This document shows positions 1 to 11,019 of a DNA stretch of 13,892 bases, one piece after another. The position numbers and the translations under genes are program-made. Positions within the stretch are counted from its first letter, which is position 1; each line of letters opens with the position of its first letter. Origin of the DNA: Paraspadella gotoi (lineage: Eukaryota > Animalia > Chaetognatha). The stretch spans positions 1-13,892 of the forward strand of contig JBJCIZ010001547.1 in NCBI GenBank assembly GCA_051294375.1. Direction: 5' to 3'. The notes under the pieces were generated by a model. That model was not told the DNA's origin. It searched no databases and worked only from the letters and a program-made list of their open reading frames with translations.

Positions 1-105
1 AAAATACTTGATCATGTAGATGACTTCGTAGCCAAATACGAATTCAATAATAAAGGCATCAACAACGGAGCTATCTGTAAAATAAAATTTTACATCCATC
101 TATGA
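1..105 (+). CDS. C-terminal end of an unidentified ORF (truncated by window edge)
   Basis: Frame +1 is open: KILDHVDDFVAKYEFNNKGINNGAICKIKFYIHL*. Similarity to 6608-6720 ends at the TGA in both copies. Confidence 0.5.
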   Translation, partial: KILDHVDDFVAKYEFNNKGINNGAICKIKFYIHL

Positions 106-290
106 CAAGATATAAAATTTAATTTTTTGACAGAGGGCATTAAATATTAAACGTCTTTCAATGATAACTAATATTTAACTTTAAATCACGTAAGTGCATG
201 CATAATAATGGTAATCTTTTAAATCATAAGACATTGTATCTAGGAACCAAATGGTTTTTTTGAAAGTTCAGTTCAATTTCGTTCATTCAA

Positions 291-3200
291 TCAGAGTAGA
301 TAGGTCGTCTTTAATGCAGAGTCGTTACCCCATGTCAAAGGAGCGGTGTAGTATGGAGAAAGTGAAGTTGATAGCTCCATATCTTGCATGGGCTTGAGTC
401 TTTTACTGATATTGCTACCAAGTAAATGATGGCAAGCGTTCTTCGAGAGTTTTCCCAGTGGGAGATGTTGATTGATGCAATCATTTGATTGCTCGGTTCC
501 TTGATATTTGGAAAGCTGGACGCAAGCATCAGTAATAGGCGTTAAGATTTGTTGCAGCATTATCAGATACCTTCAGTCTTTTCATGTAATAGATAATCTG
601 GCTCCATTATTGTAAACTGCCGACTTTCTGATCATTAACAGCATAGCTTTTTGAAAAATATCATACTGCTTTTCTTTTGTTAGGAAAATGGACTAGCCAA
701 AAGTTGGATGTGCAGTGTGAATAAATGGACATGAAAAATGAAACTTATTTTTCCTTTATTTTTTTAAGTCTTTCATGCAGCAACCTATCATTTGCATAAT
801 GCATCACTAGACAGTGAATTCTTTTGGATATGATTCTTTCATTCGTTTGGCGAGGGTTCCTCCAGATGTGAGATTATAATTTTTCAATCTGCTTGTTTGT
901 CTTTCACTCTGCGAGATGATATTAGTCATCCGTTCCCATTGTTATTTGCACTTAACGAAAATCTTGAACTCTTGTGTCTGCAATGCGTCCATGATCTGAA
1001 GGGTGTCGTGAGGAAGGAGCTTATGGGATCAAAAGTTGTTCTGGGATTGTGAGCAAACAGCGCTATCATCTAGTATATGTTTTCCCCCGATTTTTTATCC
1101 CAGTACGCTATTTTAATCCAAATCAACAGTCATAACTATCAGAATTTATACTCCAAGCTTATTAATCTCAGATGGATTTTTGCCAATATCTTATTTGAGC
1201 TTGGATTTTATAAATTGGTTCGTATGGGTATATATAGGAATTTCAATCTATAGCCGGCCAAACTACAGTTCCTTCAATGCACAGTCGCTTATGCTGTTTT
1301 AACTGTATTCAATTTGTTGTTTCAATGTCGTTAGTTTATAACAGACTGCCTAATTCTTATTTATTATTTCAGTGCCATTTCCCGCATGTGGTATCTGAGT
1401 GGTTTGTCCCTAAGACCAATCTACCCTTGCTGTTTGTGTTTTATAAAGGTAATGATTGATACTGCCATAACAATTTTATTGATCGTTAAATCCAAGAAGC
1501 TTCTTATAGTTTAGTCGTGATCACAGTTTTATGATGGGTCCCATTGAATTTACCTGGAATGGAAAAGGTTATCGTACCTTTAGATTGGTACAGTAAATAA
1601 TCGTTAGTTGTGTTTGGATAGGGGGAACTACGATAAATCAAATCGAGCGTCAGCGTTTGAAGAGTGTACTTACATCATTTCTCGGAGAATATCCGGGTTA
1701 CAAGAATGGTGCTTATGGGGCCAGCTTACCGATATAGACGAAATCGATCCCAGAGTACCGAGACCAGGACGGTCTGCGACGAGGATTTCCCTCAATACTG
1801 TAGGTTAATAAATAACACCAGTGTAGGCAGCAATGTTTCATCGGATTAATGTGATCCTCTAGTTGGGGGTATTTTATATCCCGCGCACGGGCAATAATTC
1901 TTGTATGCTTGTAATGAAGTTGGGGTGTATGTATGAGGCTTTTGTTGTTTTGTTTGTATTCGATTGGTGATATCTTGTCTCGTAGGCAAGGTGCCCGGTG
2001 TTGGGAGAAATTGGCAAGATCTAGCATCATGCTGAAGAATGACCAAGAAAACATGTGAGCACTAGGGAGATTGAGTCCGAATGTACGGCCTGTTGATATT
2101 ATTTTGATAAGAGGGTTTAACTCTATGACCCATATGGGATCTTCACTGCTTGAAATAGAATAGATATTATCGGAACGTATTATTATTAGACGAGTTGGAG
2201 ACACTATGGTTTTCGATGTGATTATATTTCTCGCGCAACCATATATAAATGATTGATGCATTATTAAATTCATTGTTTTTCTATCATTATGAAGACAATA
2301 CGATTTCCATTTGATTGAAATTCTATCTGAATTTAAAAGCTTTTGCTCTGACGATAGACTATCAGGTGTTTGAGTATTAGCCCCATATTTCTTTACTTGA
2401 AGATTGTAATCTTGTTGTTGTCTGATACATCTTGACTAGAAGTCATCACCTAAAGGAGTTTAAAGTTAGAGGACTGTTGGTAAGTAATGGCTACTCAGAT
2501 CATGTGTATCCACTAGAAGTTAAATGTTAACCATTGTTCTTTGATCTGTTGGCAAGAATTTTAATTCTCTATCTTAAGTAATTATTTTGCTAGTGAGAAT
2601 CACGAGACATCTCATGTTTCTCTGTACTTTGCAGCTATCTAAAAGTTGCTAAGTATCACACTTTTGCTCTTTGTTATAATTACTGAGAATGGCGGTACTA
2701 TAGGTACATAAAGGTCTACCCCATCATTTGTAGCACGACCTGTAAGCAGAGATGTTTAAATTCGATACTATAGTGTGTATGGCATAGGTTGTTTTACCTT
2801 GTTATGAATCATCACTGTTGGATCTTTTGTTGCCAGTGAGCTGTATGTTGAGCTCTAGACTAGTACATGTCTTTACAGCAATAAATTTCTTAACTCTTGC
2901 AGTTACAGAGATTTGCTTTAGTTACATAACCGAAAGATCAACGACTTACTTTTAGCATAGTCAAATCTTTGCAGTTTGGTCCCATTTAAAAGAATGTAGG
3001 ACACAGAATATAATAATGTTACTAGTGCACAATGGCATGTTAAACACTTACTTGAATCATTTAGATATTGGAACACGAGATTTGGACGTTAATCATTAGT
3101 CAGTCCCTGAGAATCTTGTTTGTTCAGCCTTGTTTTGTGTAGGCACCACTAGAGTTTGTGAATCATGGAGTGTACGCCGAGTCGCACTTCTCAAACTACA

Positions 3201-4600
3201 TCTTTCTTTGAAGCAAATTGGTACCGAGCTGATGGAGAAGCTCAAACTGTTTGACGTTGATCATCCAACAAGTAATAAGTCAAATGGTCAAATGTGTGAT
3301 TTGCTTTGATAAAACGTTTCAATTGTGAGACTAGTATTGCCAATTTATAAATTAGTAGTTATGGATATGCGTTATCAATTCTGCACTCAATTCTTGTTTA
3401 CAAGACTCTCGATGTTAGAAGAATCGCTTTCCATATACTCCCTTAGACATGAGATGCAGTGGTTCTTTATGACCTTCTTCAAGAGGCTCGTATAATCGGA
3501 TTTCTATGGACTCCAACTATTATAAGATCAGTCCTTTATACAACAGTAGTCTTCGGTTTAAAGTATCAGAATCTTTTCATCGTTCAGTTATGTGGATATA
3601 CTCGTATGAATTTACTACTTTGTTTTAATGCCATACTATAGAACTTTATGTGCATACCACTTCATTTTACAGTTGCTTCTTAGATCGGCATTATTGAGCT
3701 CGACCGTCGTACATTTCACTACTAACTCAAGATTTAACTTTTCACGAATTACAATGTCACTCCAGGACGCTCTTCTACATGTCAATATAAACCGAAAGAT
3801 AAGCGCGAATGACGCTAAACTATTCAGCTTCACCTTACACACCTTATCTTCCTTAGCCTCTCCTCGACTGCGGCTTGCCGAAGATGCCAGAATAATGTGG
3901 ATCAGGCTTGAGTGGAGTCTGGCAGAATCATGATAGTGTGAAAGCATCATTGGCTTAAATTGAATTGCTTGATTATGGGTGGGATGGAACTCCTGAGGAG
4001 TGGAAATTGGAAATTCCAGAATTGGCCAAGATGACTGTCTGGGGAAGTTGGTAATCATCAATATGGTTCGGGGTGTACTACCTAATCAGAAATGCACTAA
4101 TGACTGATACACCGGAGTACTCTAGTGCTGTACCGTAGATGTATTATAAACATTTGTCGTGCTCACTTTTAATATGACTTAATCAGGAGGGAGCCTATAC
4201 TATGAGCTTTAATTTAACAAGTATAACTTATCATGGTCACACTTCGAAAATAGCTCTAAATACCAAATCAATTCGCCCTCTGCACATCTCTTGTATATAA
4301 TTTCATACTCTCTCAATGATGCAGTGTATTCAATGTACGAAATCTAAAAGAGTTCGTACGAATATCTTTGGCACTGAGAACGTTGGAGCGGGTAAGTATC
4401 CTCTAAACGAGTAAAATATCTGAGTTTACGACGTGTTCTCTATCACCTAATTTAATACTTGTAAGAATTTGATTAACGACCATGCTACTAAGATGAGACT
4501 CAAAATTCTTTACATAAATGCTAATTTTGCGCATTCGGCCTTCTCTTTCCCACATCGTCTCGCTTTTCCCTTCACCCCATACTTTTTTTGCTCATATGCT
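291..4600 (-). mobile_element. Candidate endogenous viral element: degenerate or error-laden L (RdRp/PRNTase/MTase) gene of a Mononegavirales- or chuvirus-like virus
   Basis: Colinear motifs on the minus strand: GEGKSETMW (4576-4550) and in-frame ..NQIL (4474-4463), like motifs B and C; GVP(D)P (3993-3977); DPHYS..KPQS..LRK (3903-3848); SEMYD (3720-3706); LGV-(T)P (3181-3167); GTK(T) (2983); KT(W>C)T (2867); (H)RF (~2765); D(Y)LATF(Q) (~2657-2639); KW (1380-1375); CI(G)EGT(G)SLAG (1281-1253); stop at 291 followed by A7. Bracketed residues require 1-2 nt corrections. Confidence 0.55.
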
Positions 4601-5499
4601 TCTCAACTTAAGATGTTTTGCTCAAGAGTTAATGATTAGAGATATACACCACTAAAAATTGTTTTAAACTAGCCGCTCGAAATCCACTTGCTATACCAAT
4701 CCAACCGATTCCTCGAATTAATATGACAGTTTACCATATTTCGAGCTTCCATCATGCCAGCTTTCTAATACTCATTCAATTCCCTGTATTATCCCCTTCT
4801 TTGACTCGCTACGAATCCTATTTCATTAATTTTATAAAATCTGTGACTTGATAAATATAGTCGATTCTTCGTGTTTCACAACTGTTTTATAATGCTTCTT
4901 TATCGACTGACTTAAAGATGTCACTTAACTTGCGAACGCCCCTCACTAGTGCAGCTCTTGAGGATCATACAGACTAGAACGGACCTTCACGAGTGTACGC
5001 AGTGCAACTGGGTAATCGCTCGCAGAAAGACTTTGCTATTGGCATGGCGCCATATTTAAATAGACTTAATGTGTGAGACTCTTCAAGTTTATGAATTATC
5101 TAGATACATGTGGATTTCTTTTTTCGTTTCTTGTTCTGTTTTGATATTTTATGCTCTCAGCATTATCGGCAGATCACTTTCAGCTCTAAGCCTCACTATA
5201 ATTAACTTCCGCATCGACCTCAAATAATCACAATTGCACGCTTATTAAGTATTAATGCATTTCACTAGCACAAAGTAGGAACTCTTGCCATTCACTGTAA
5301 ATTAGAATCGATGACATGATTTTTCTGCGCAATAGCTAATATCTTTCCTCCTTACAGATGAGATTTGCGCATAGTCAGTTGCAACGTTGTAATCTGTAAA
5401 ATTCGTGAGTAATGACTTATACATGGATCTACTGGATGTTCTCTTATTTACCGCCTTTGCGCAATTTGCAGAGTTAGACGATGATTAAATATTCTATTA

Positions 5500-6720
5500 A
5501 ACAATAAGAACTACGAAAGCCGAGATATAAAATCATAGACTATAACATGGTCCAAACCTATATAATAAGATATAGCATATAAATTTATTGGCATTATAAT
5601 TAAATTGAAATATAAATGTATTAAGCGAGAGAGCTCAGAACATAAGAAAATTTCTCTATATTTAAAGAGAAAAGGATTGAACATAGAACTACTCAAGAAT
5701 ATTCCATAAAATTTTCAGTAATTCCAGATTCTCACCTCGCTCACAGCCAATATAACCTCACTTTGATTGTATAAATAAGCCATTAACAAAGGAACAGTGT
5801 TCTTCGTTAAGCCGGTTATAAAGCGCAATATCGATTAGCGGAGTAGTATTTTTAAATTATTCGACAGACGTTTTGACGAAGATAAGATTAACGCCGTTGA
5901 AATAAATTTTAACATATTTATACGAAATATTCTACTAAATTATTAACGAGAAATTCGACGAAGACTATCATTTATAAAAAATGCACTCGAAATAATAATT
6001 TACGAATATATCTATATTAAGAAGCGAATTCAGTTATTATACTTTATCCGCGAAGAATACTATTAGTAACTTATTCATTACGGACCGACATCACGCCTTA
6101 AAGTATGAAGTCAAAAATCAGGCTAGACGATAGCTGAAAGGAAACCGACGAAACAAGAGATATCTGAATCAGGACAGATACAAATTGAGTTCGCGTTCTT
6201 AAAAGAGCGTTTATTAAAGTCCGGAAGTCGGAAATAGATTTTGAGGATTTACCGAAACGCCGTGAGCGACATGTTTTCTGAACTGCTATTATTTAATAAG
6301 ATTCGGAAGAATGTAAATTTAGTAATATTTATTAGTTGACATAACATGAGCGTGAACGTGTAAGCAAATGAGGAACTAAAGCAAGTCGAAGGGAGACATA
6401 AACAATCAGGAGAGACTATTTCTAAAGAAACAAAAAAAAAGAACTTAATAAAATACAACTTTTAAGCTTAACCATAAATTACAAAATATCATTTAATCCT
6501 TACCGACTGTCAGATCATGGTAACTTATCCTCTATTTAGGTAAGCACATCTTTATAAAGCTTTGTTAAGGTACAATCATAAGGACAACCAATCCAGAGAG
6601 CGACTTTAAAATACTTGAACAATCAATACTTCGTAAGCAACAAAATACGAATTCAATAATAAAAAGGGCATAAACACGAAATCTATCTCGAACAAATAAA
6701 AATTTAACAGATTCCAATGA
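5500..6720 (+). pseudogene. Frameshifted intronless coding-like region, paralog of the ORF ending at 105; product unknown
   Basis: A-rich, with protein-like open blocks (FKLFDRRFDEDKINAVEINFNIFIRNILLNY; RKPTKQEISESGQIQIEFAFLKERLLKSGSRK; DFKILEQ..KYEFNNKKGIN) ending at TGA 6718-6720. The left boundary is approximate. Confidence 0.4.
6608..6720 (+). repeat. Diverged direct repeat of positions 1-105
   Basis: Shared aaaatacttga and acttcgta, an exact 21-mer aaatacgaattcaataataaa (34-54 = 6643-6663), then ggcat, ctatct, aaataaaa and a terminal atga. Confidence 0.9.
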
Positions 6721-7879
6721 TTATATTTAATGATTAAAAAGATATATAATACTATAAAAGATGTCGGCGATTAGGAAAACCCCGAGAATCTCCATTTCCC
6801 GTTTTATCACATCGATAAAACCTCGCGGCTCGTTCCCTTTCCATCCAAGCCGATCCCGACTGATTAACCATAATCTTCGCAAAAGAAACTTGAATTGATA
6901 TTTTGACCCACGATTAGTTTTCCCTCAAGTCTCGTTTCAATTTGAGAGGCAATCGTACGGAACACCGGTTTTATGCAACGAAAGACCTCTCTCCCTCAGA
7001 CAGCGTCAAGTTACCTATACCAGACCAGAAATCCTTCACGGACTGACTCCCTATCCTTGACTTCTTCTCCAACCAACTCTCAATCTACCTATTACAGCTT
7101 GCTCAAAAACCCCTGCACCTTTTGCCTTGCCTCCCTTTCCCTCCTCCAAGACTCCAATAACTCCAAACCCCTGCCTTTCTGCTTCTCCTCTCTCCTCTTC
7201 CCACAGATCCCTCTCACTTTGCCCGACGTCTCTCTCCCAGAGATCGCGAAACGTGCGAAATCCAGGAAAGCAGAGATAAGGGCGGACTAAATGGAAGGAG
7301 AAGGGAGGAAGGGAAAAGGAAAGAAAGAGGAGAAGAAAAGAAAAATATTGTAGAAAATGTAAGTTGTCGTCGGCGTTGGATGAAGACGAAATCTTGCGGA
7401 ACAAAAACGAAGAAAGTTCGAATCATTCCTGTCATCCCCTCACCTCTCTCTCTCTCTCTCTTCTCTCTCCTCTCTCCTCTCTCTTCTTCACTCTCTCCTC
7501 TTCATAACGAGGAACGAACCATATTTCGCTCGATTCCATCGTGCGTTCGCCCATTGACTTCCGGTGACGCGCGAACCGAAAGCGAGAGGATTTACCCAGC
7601 AACAACCTCAACAATCTCTTGTCCACCCTGCTTCCCCTGCCCTCCCTGCCCTTCCCATGTAATCATACGGTAATGGTCGCCTGAAATATCCTTTATCCCC
7701 AGTTAATGCAGCCGGCCTTGCCTTACCCACCGTGATTTTCTTTCTCTCCAGCCTCTTTTCTCCGCGCATGTCCCCCAACTTCGACTGTCTCTCAACCCCT
7801 TCCAAAGTCTCGGTTCAAAAATAAAATGACCGCCGCTGTGATCATTGCCCAAGATAACGTGAATATTGATGTGAAAATG

Positions 7880-8010
7880 CACACTGAATCATAGTGACAG
7901 CAGTGATCGAAAATCGTATCATCATGTACATAGTGTGATCTAGTGACAAGCGTCTCATCATTGTGACAAGCACTTGTCACTGTGACAACATCAGTCATCA
8001 TTGGACAAGG
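7880..8010. repeat. Degenerate short tandem repeat (tcatcattgtgacaag-like) with an internal palindrome
   Basis: Recurrent gtgaca(a/g) and tcatca(t) words. Perfect inverted repeat gtgacaag-ca-cttgtcac at 7963-7980. Confidence 0.6.
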
Positions 8011-8828
8011 ACCCATAATATGTAACCAACAACTCTTACGCGAAAAGATTTTTCCCCACAAATAAATCCACCAAAGATGAAAATGTGTGTGTATGTGTAG
8101 GTAATTATAATCATCATATTCTTTACGCAAAAAAAAAATATAATTTTTACTTGTGGCCAAGAATGTACGTTTCGGCCAACAAGCCTCGATTCAACGCACT
8201 CTGTTCGCTTCAATCGCGAATCGAACAGCGACGGGATCAAAGCCGAGGGAGCGGTCGAGGAAAACATAGACAATATCTTGGTTTACGCCTACCCGCTTAT
8301 GAGCTATGTTCTGTCCGATCTTCCCTCTCTTGACCTACTCTGTCTCTATCTGCCTCTCTCAATGTGTCTTTCATCTCTCTCGCTTCACTCTTATACATCT
8401 TCTCCATATCTTTCACATATCTGAGCTCAGTCACCAGACTCTACTCTCTTGTCCCTCCATTGACGGGAAACTGACTCAGAAGATCATTAACAGTTCAGCT
8501 TACTATACCAACGAAAAAAAATTTGCTCCTCGGATAATCAATAATATTTAATATTAAAATATTTAACTTATATGTTTATATCTTTCTATTGTAAGTATTT
8601 ATTATATACAATTTTATTAATCATTTTTATCCTGTATTCACCGACATTTATTATTTCATTATTATTACTGTTTATTATCAATGCTTATTTCGGTTTTATC
8701 TTTTTTCGCTGCGGAAATTAAGTTGAGGACTCAGGAAATCGACGAGATTCGTCAATGTCTGTCTAACACCAGGCACACCCAGATCACTCTCTCTCTTTTC
8801 TCTCATCTCTCTCGCCTTATGTCCTTAC

Positions 8829-8869
8829 CGGTGAGAGGACGGTTTCACTTCCCTCATTTTTTTCTGCAG
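8829..8869 (-). CDS. Candidate 41-nt mini-exon, possibly the ZIP11 linker after GVGF
   Basis: Long pyrimidine tract, acceptor ttattcAG and donor CCG|GTAAGG. In phase with the previous exon it reads AAEKNEGSETVLSP. Only positional similarity to ZIP11. Confidence 0.3.
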
Positions 8870-9658
8870 CTGAATAAGAAAAATAAAGAAAAGGAGGAGG
8901 GAGAGAGAAAAGAAAGGAAAAAGGAAAAGGAATAATGAAAAAGAGTGAGAGGAACGGATGAGAGGAGGAGGAAAGGAAAAGGAGAGAGAGGATGAGAAGG
9001 AGGAGGAGAGAAGGAGCAGAGGAGATAGAGGAGGAAAAGAACAAAAAGGAAAGGATCTCGGGGAGCATTGATTGGGGAATGGATCAATGGCGAACGACGT
9101 AAGCATTGCCGCAAGACTTTTTTTCTTCCCGTCGAATTAAAATGGCTTTATTTTTGGGAGTGGGCGAGTTTTTGAAGATGGAGGGAAATGGAAAGGGAAT
9201 CAGAGACCAACGTGAAGTTCTCTCTTATTTTTACACCCCCTTACCATTGTTAGTAAATTCGTTCAAGGCTCACCATTTCTTCGATGACCTGTAGGTTCTA
9301 CCTGAGCCCAAAAGCCCAATAGTTTTTTGCCGTCCGAACGAAAATTTAAATATATATACTTATCTGCAATGAATTTTCGCTTATTTAAGTTACTTTTATC
9401 TTTTTATTCTTTCGTCGATAAAAAGCTAAATTAGCAATTTTTATTTTCCCCATTATCCTAGGGGAACACACTGCCGGCTCATATACATCCGAAATGCCAA
9501 AACAATCTACTGATACAGAAGCCCGTTTTACTAATACTGATCCCTGCACCCAGCACTCTTTATACATTAATTCTTACGGTCCAGCACTCACTTCTGAATT
9601 TGCTAACGTCACCGCGAGTCCACCTTCTTCAAAAAACACAAGACCCACCGCCGCTTAC

Positions 9659-9836
9659 CTGCACTCGAAAAACCCCTGCCCACCGCAAGTCCACCTGGGC
9701 ATTCACCAAATCGGCCGCACGGAAGACGAGACCAAATGCGCGAGAAGAAAACCGCCCCGTCCGGAGATGGAAGGACTAGCCGTAGAGATTCAAATCCGCG
9801 CCATTTTGGAAATACGATGATGGTCGGGAAAGGAGG
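9659..9836 (-). CDS. SLC39A11: ZIP11 exon containing a degraded HNxPEGLAVGVGF (TM4 signature) region
   Basis: PGGLAVGRGF at 9698-9669 resembles PEGLAVGVGF. Acceptor cctacctcAG after a long pyrimidine tract and donor CAG|GTAAGC after 9659. The upstream part is too noisy to translate. Confidence 0.55.
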
Positions 9837-10850
9837 CTGAGGTAGGAAAAGGATGTGGAGGGTGAAAGAAGATTGAGGTGGAAAGGAGAGAAGAGCGAGG
9901 AGGAGAGCGAAGAAGCCAGAGGAGGGAGGCAAGTGGGTAAATTAGGGGGGGTATGGAGTCGTAAAGGCCAATTGTAGTACAAGCAGTTGTGATTTGAAGA
10001 GTATATGATAATGTATATATTAGCATATATATATTACAACATATTAATTCGCAATCAGACAGCGGATGGAAAAGAGAAAGATAAAGTGGGAAGTACGGAA
10101 ATCAATTAGTTCGAAGTTATTAATATCTAGAAAAGAAAGTAACAATAATTATAAATCTTCGGTGAATTAAAGACCAAAATTAATAAGAAAAGGGACTAAA
10201 AATTTAAATTAAAATAAAAAGGGGAAAATTTGATGAGGAAAACTTGAACAAAAAATATGACAGTATTAAAAAAAAAAAAGACAAGAAGAAAAACGCGGAA
10301 GAATTTTCTCTGTTGAATTCGAAGGATTATAAGATGTGAGATGAAGGAATGAACGAATCGACTAAGGAAAAAAAGGAGATGAAGAAATGAGTGTGAACGA
10401 TTTAATAAAAAGAAAAAAAACCGTTTGCTGTTTAAGGAAAATAAAAAAGAAGAGATAAAGTGATATCCGAAGAAAAAAATTATGTAATAATTCTGGATTG
10501 TGTTGGACAATTTTTGTGCGTGACTCCACAAGTCGTATGATTTAGGAGACTTTTCCTTTCTTTCTCTCTCTCTCTTGCTGTCTCTTCTGCTCTCTCCTCG
10601 GCATAGCTATGTTCGCCAGAGGCGTTTTTTAAGCCCGGAATGGGGATTATGCGCCGCGTCTCCCTTTCTTTCCTTGCTTTCAGTTTCGTTTCTCTCTCTC
10701 TCTCTCGTCTCTATTCTCTCTTTACCTTTCGTTATATCATCTCTTGCTCTTCTCTTCTCTCATCTCTCTCTCCTCGTCTCTCTCTCTCTCATCTCTCTCT
10801 ATCTTCTATTTTTGCATTATGCGTGGTTTCTAGTGAAATTCAGGTGTCGT

Positions 10851-10883
10851 CACGACGACGATGACGACGACGACTACGACGAC
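10851..10883. repeat. Imperfect (GAC)n trinucleotide repeat
   Basis: cacgacgacgatgacgacgacgactacgacgac. Confidence 0.85.
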
Positions 10884-11019
10884 TCCAAGACCCACTTGAC
10901 CATGCCGCCAAACGATCAATTCCTTTGTCCTTTCAGATCTCCAGTTTTTTTCCTCTCGATTTTTCGAGAAAAATTTGCATCTCGTCTGGGTTGACGATGT
11001 CGAATCGGCTTCGACTGGA

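Noticed and set aside
1713-2273. 186-aa ORF as a stand-alone gene
   Set aside because: No recognisable family. More likely a mixed-frame piece of the larger degraded minus-strand coding region.
4436-4450. LGDRE as the RdRp GDN motif
   Set aside because: Spacing from the motif B-like Trp fits the NQIL at 4474-4463 better, and neither site is an intact GDN.
1-6720. LTR retrotransposon with the direct repeats as LTRs
   Set aside because: No TG..CA ends, PBS or PPT seen. Similarity stops at a stop codon, and there are no convincing RT or integrase motifs (LVVP near 3150 and MGP near 1540 are isolated).
7500-8780. Possible C-terminal ZIP11 exons (FPE near 8735, VSFP near 8470, VFLDRSLG near 8250, PLPY after atttcAG at 7680)
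   Set aside because: The matches are short, not consistently ordered and not distinguishable from chance at this noise level.
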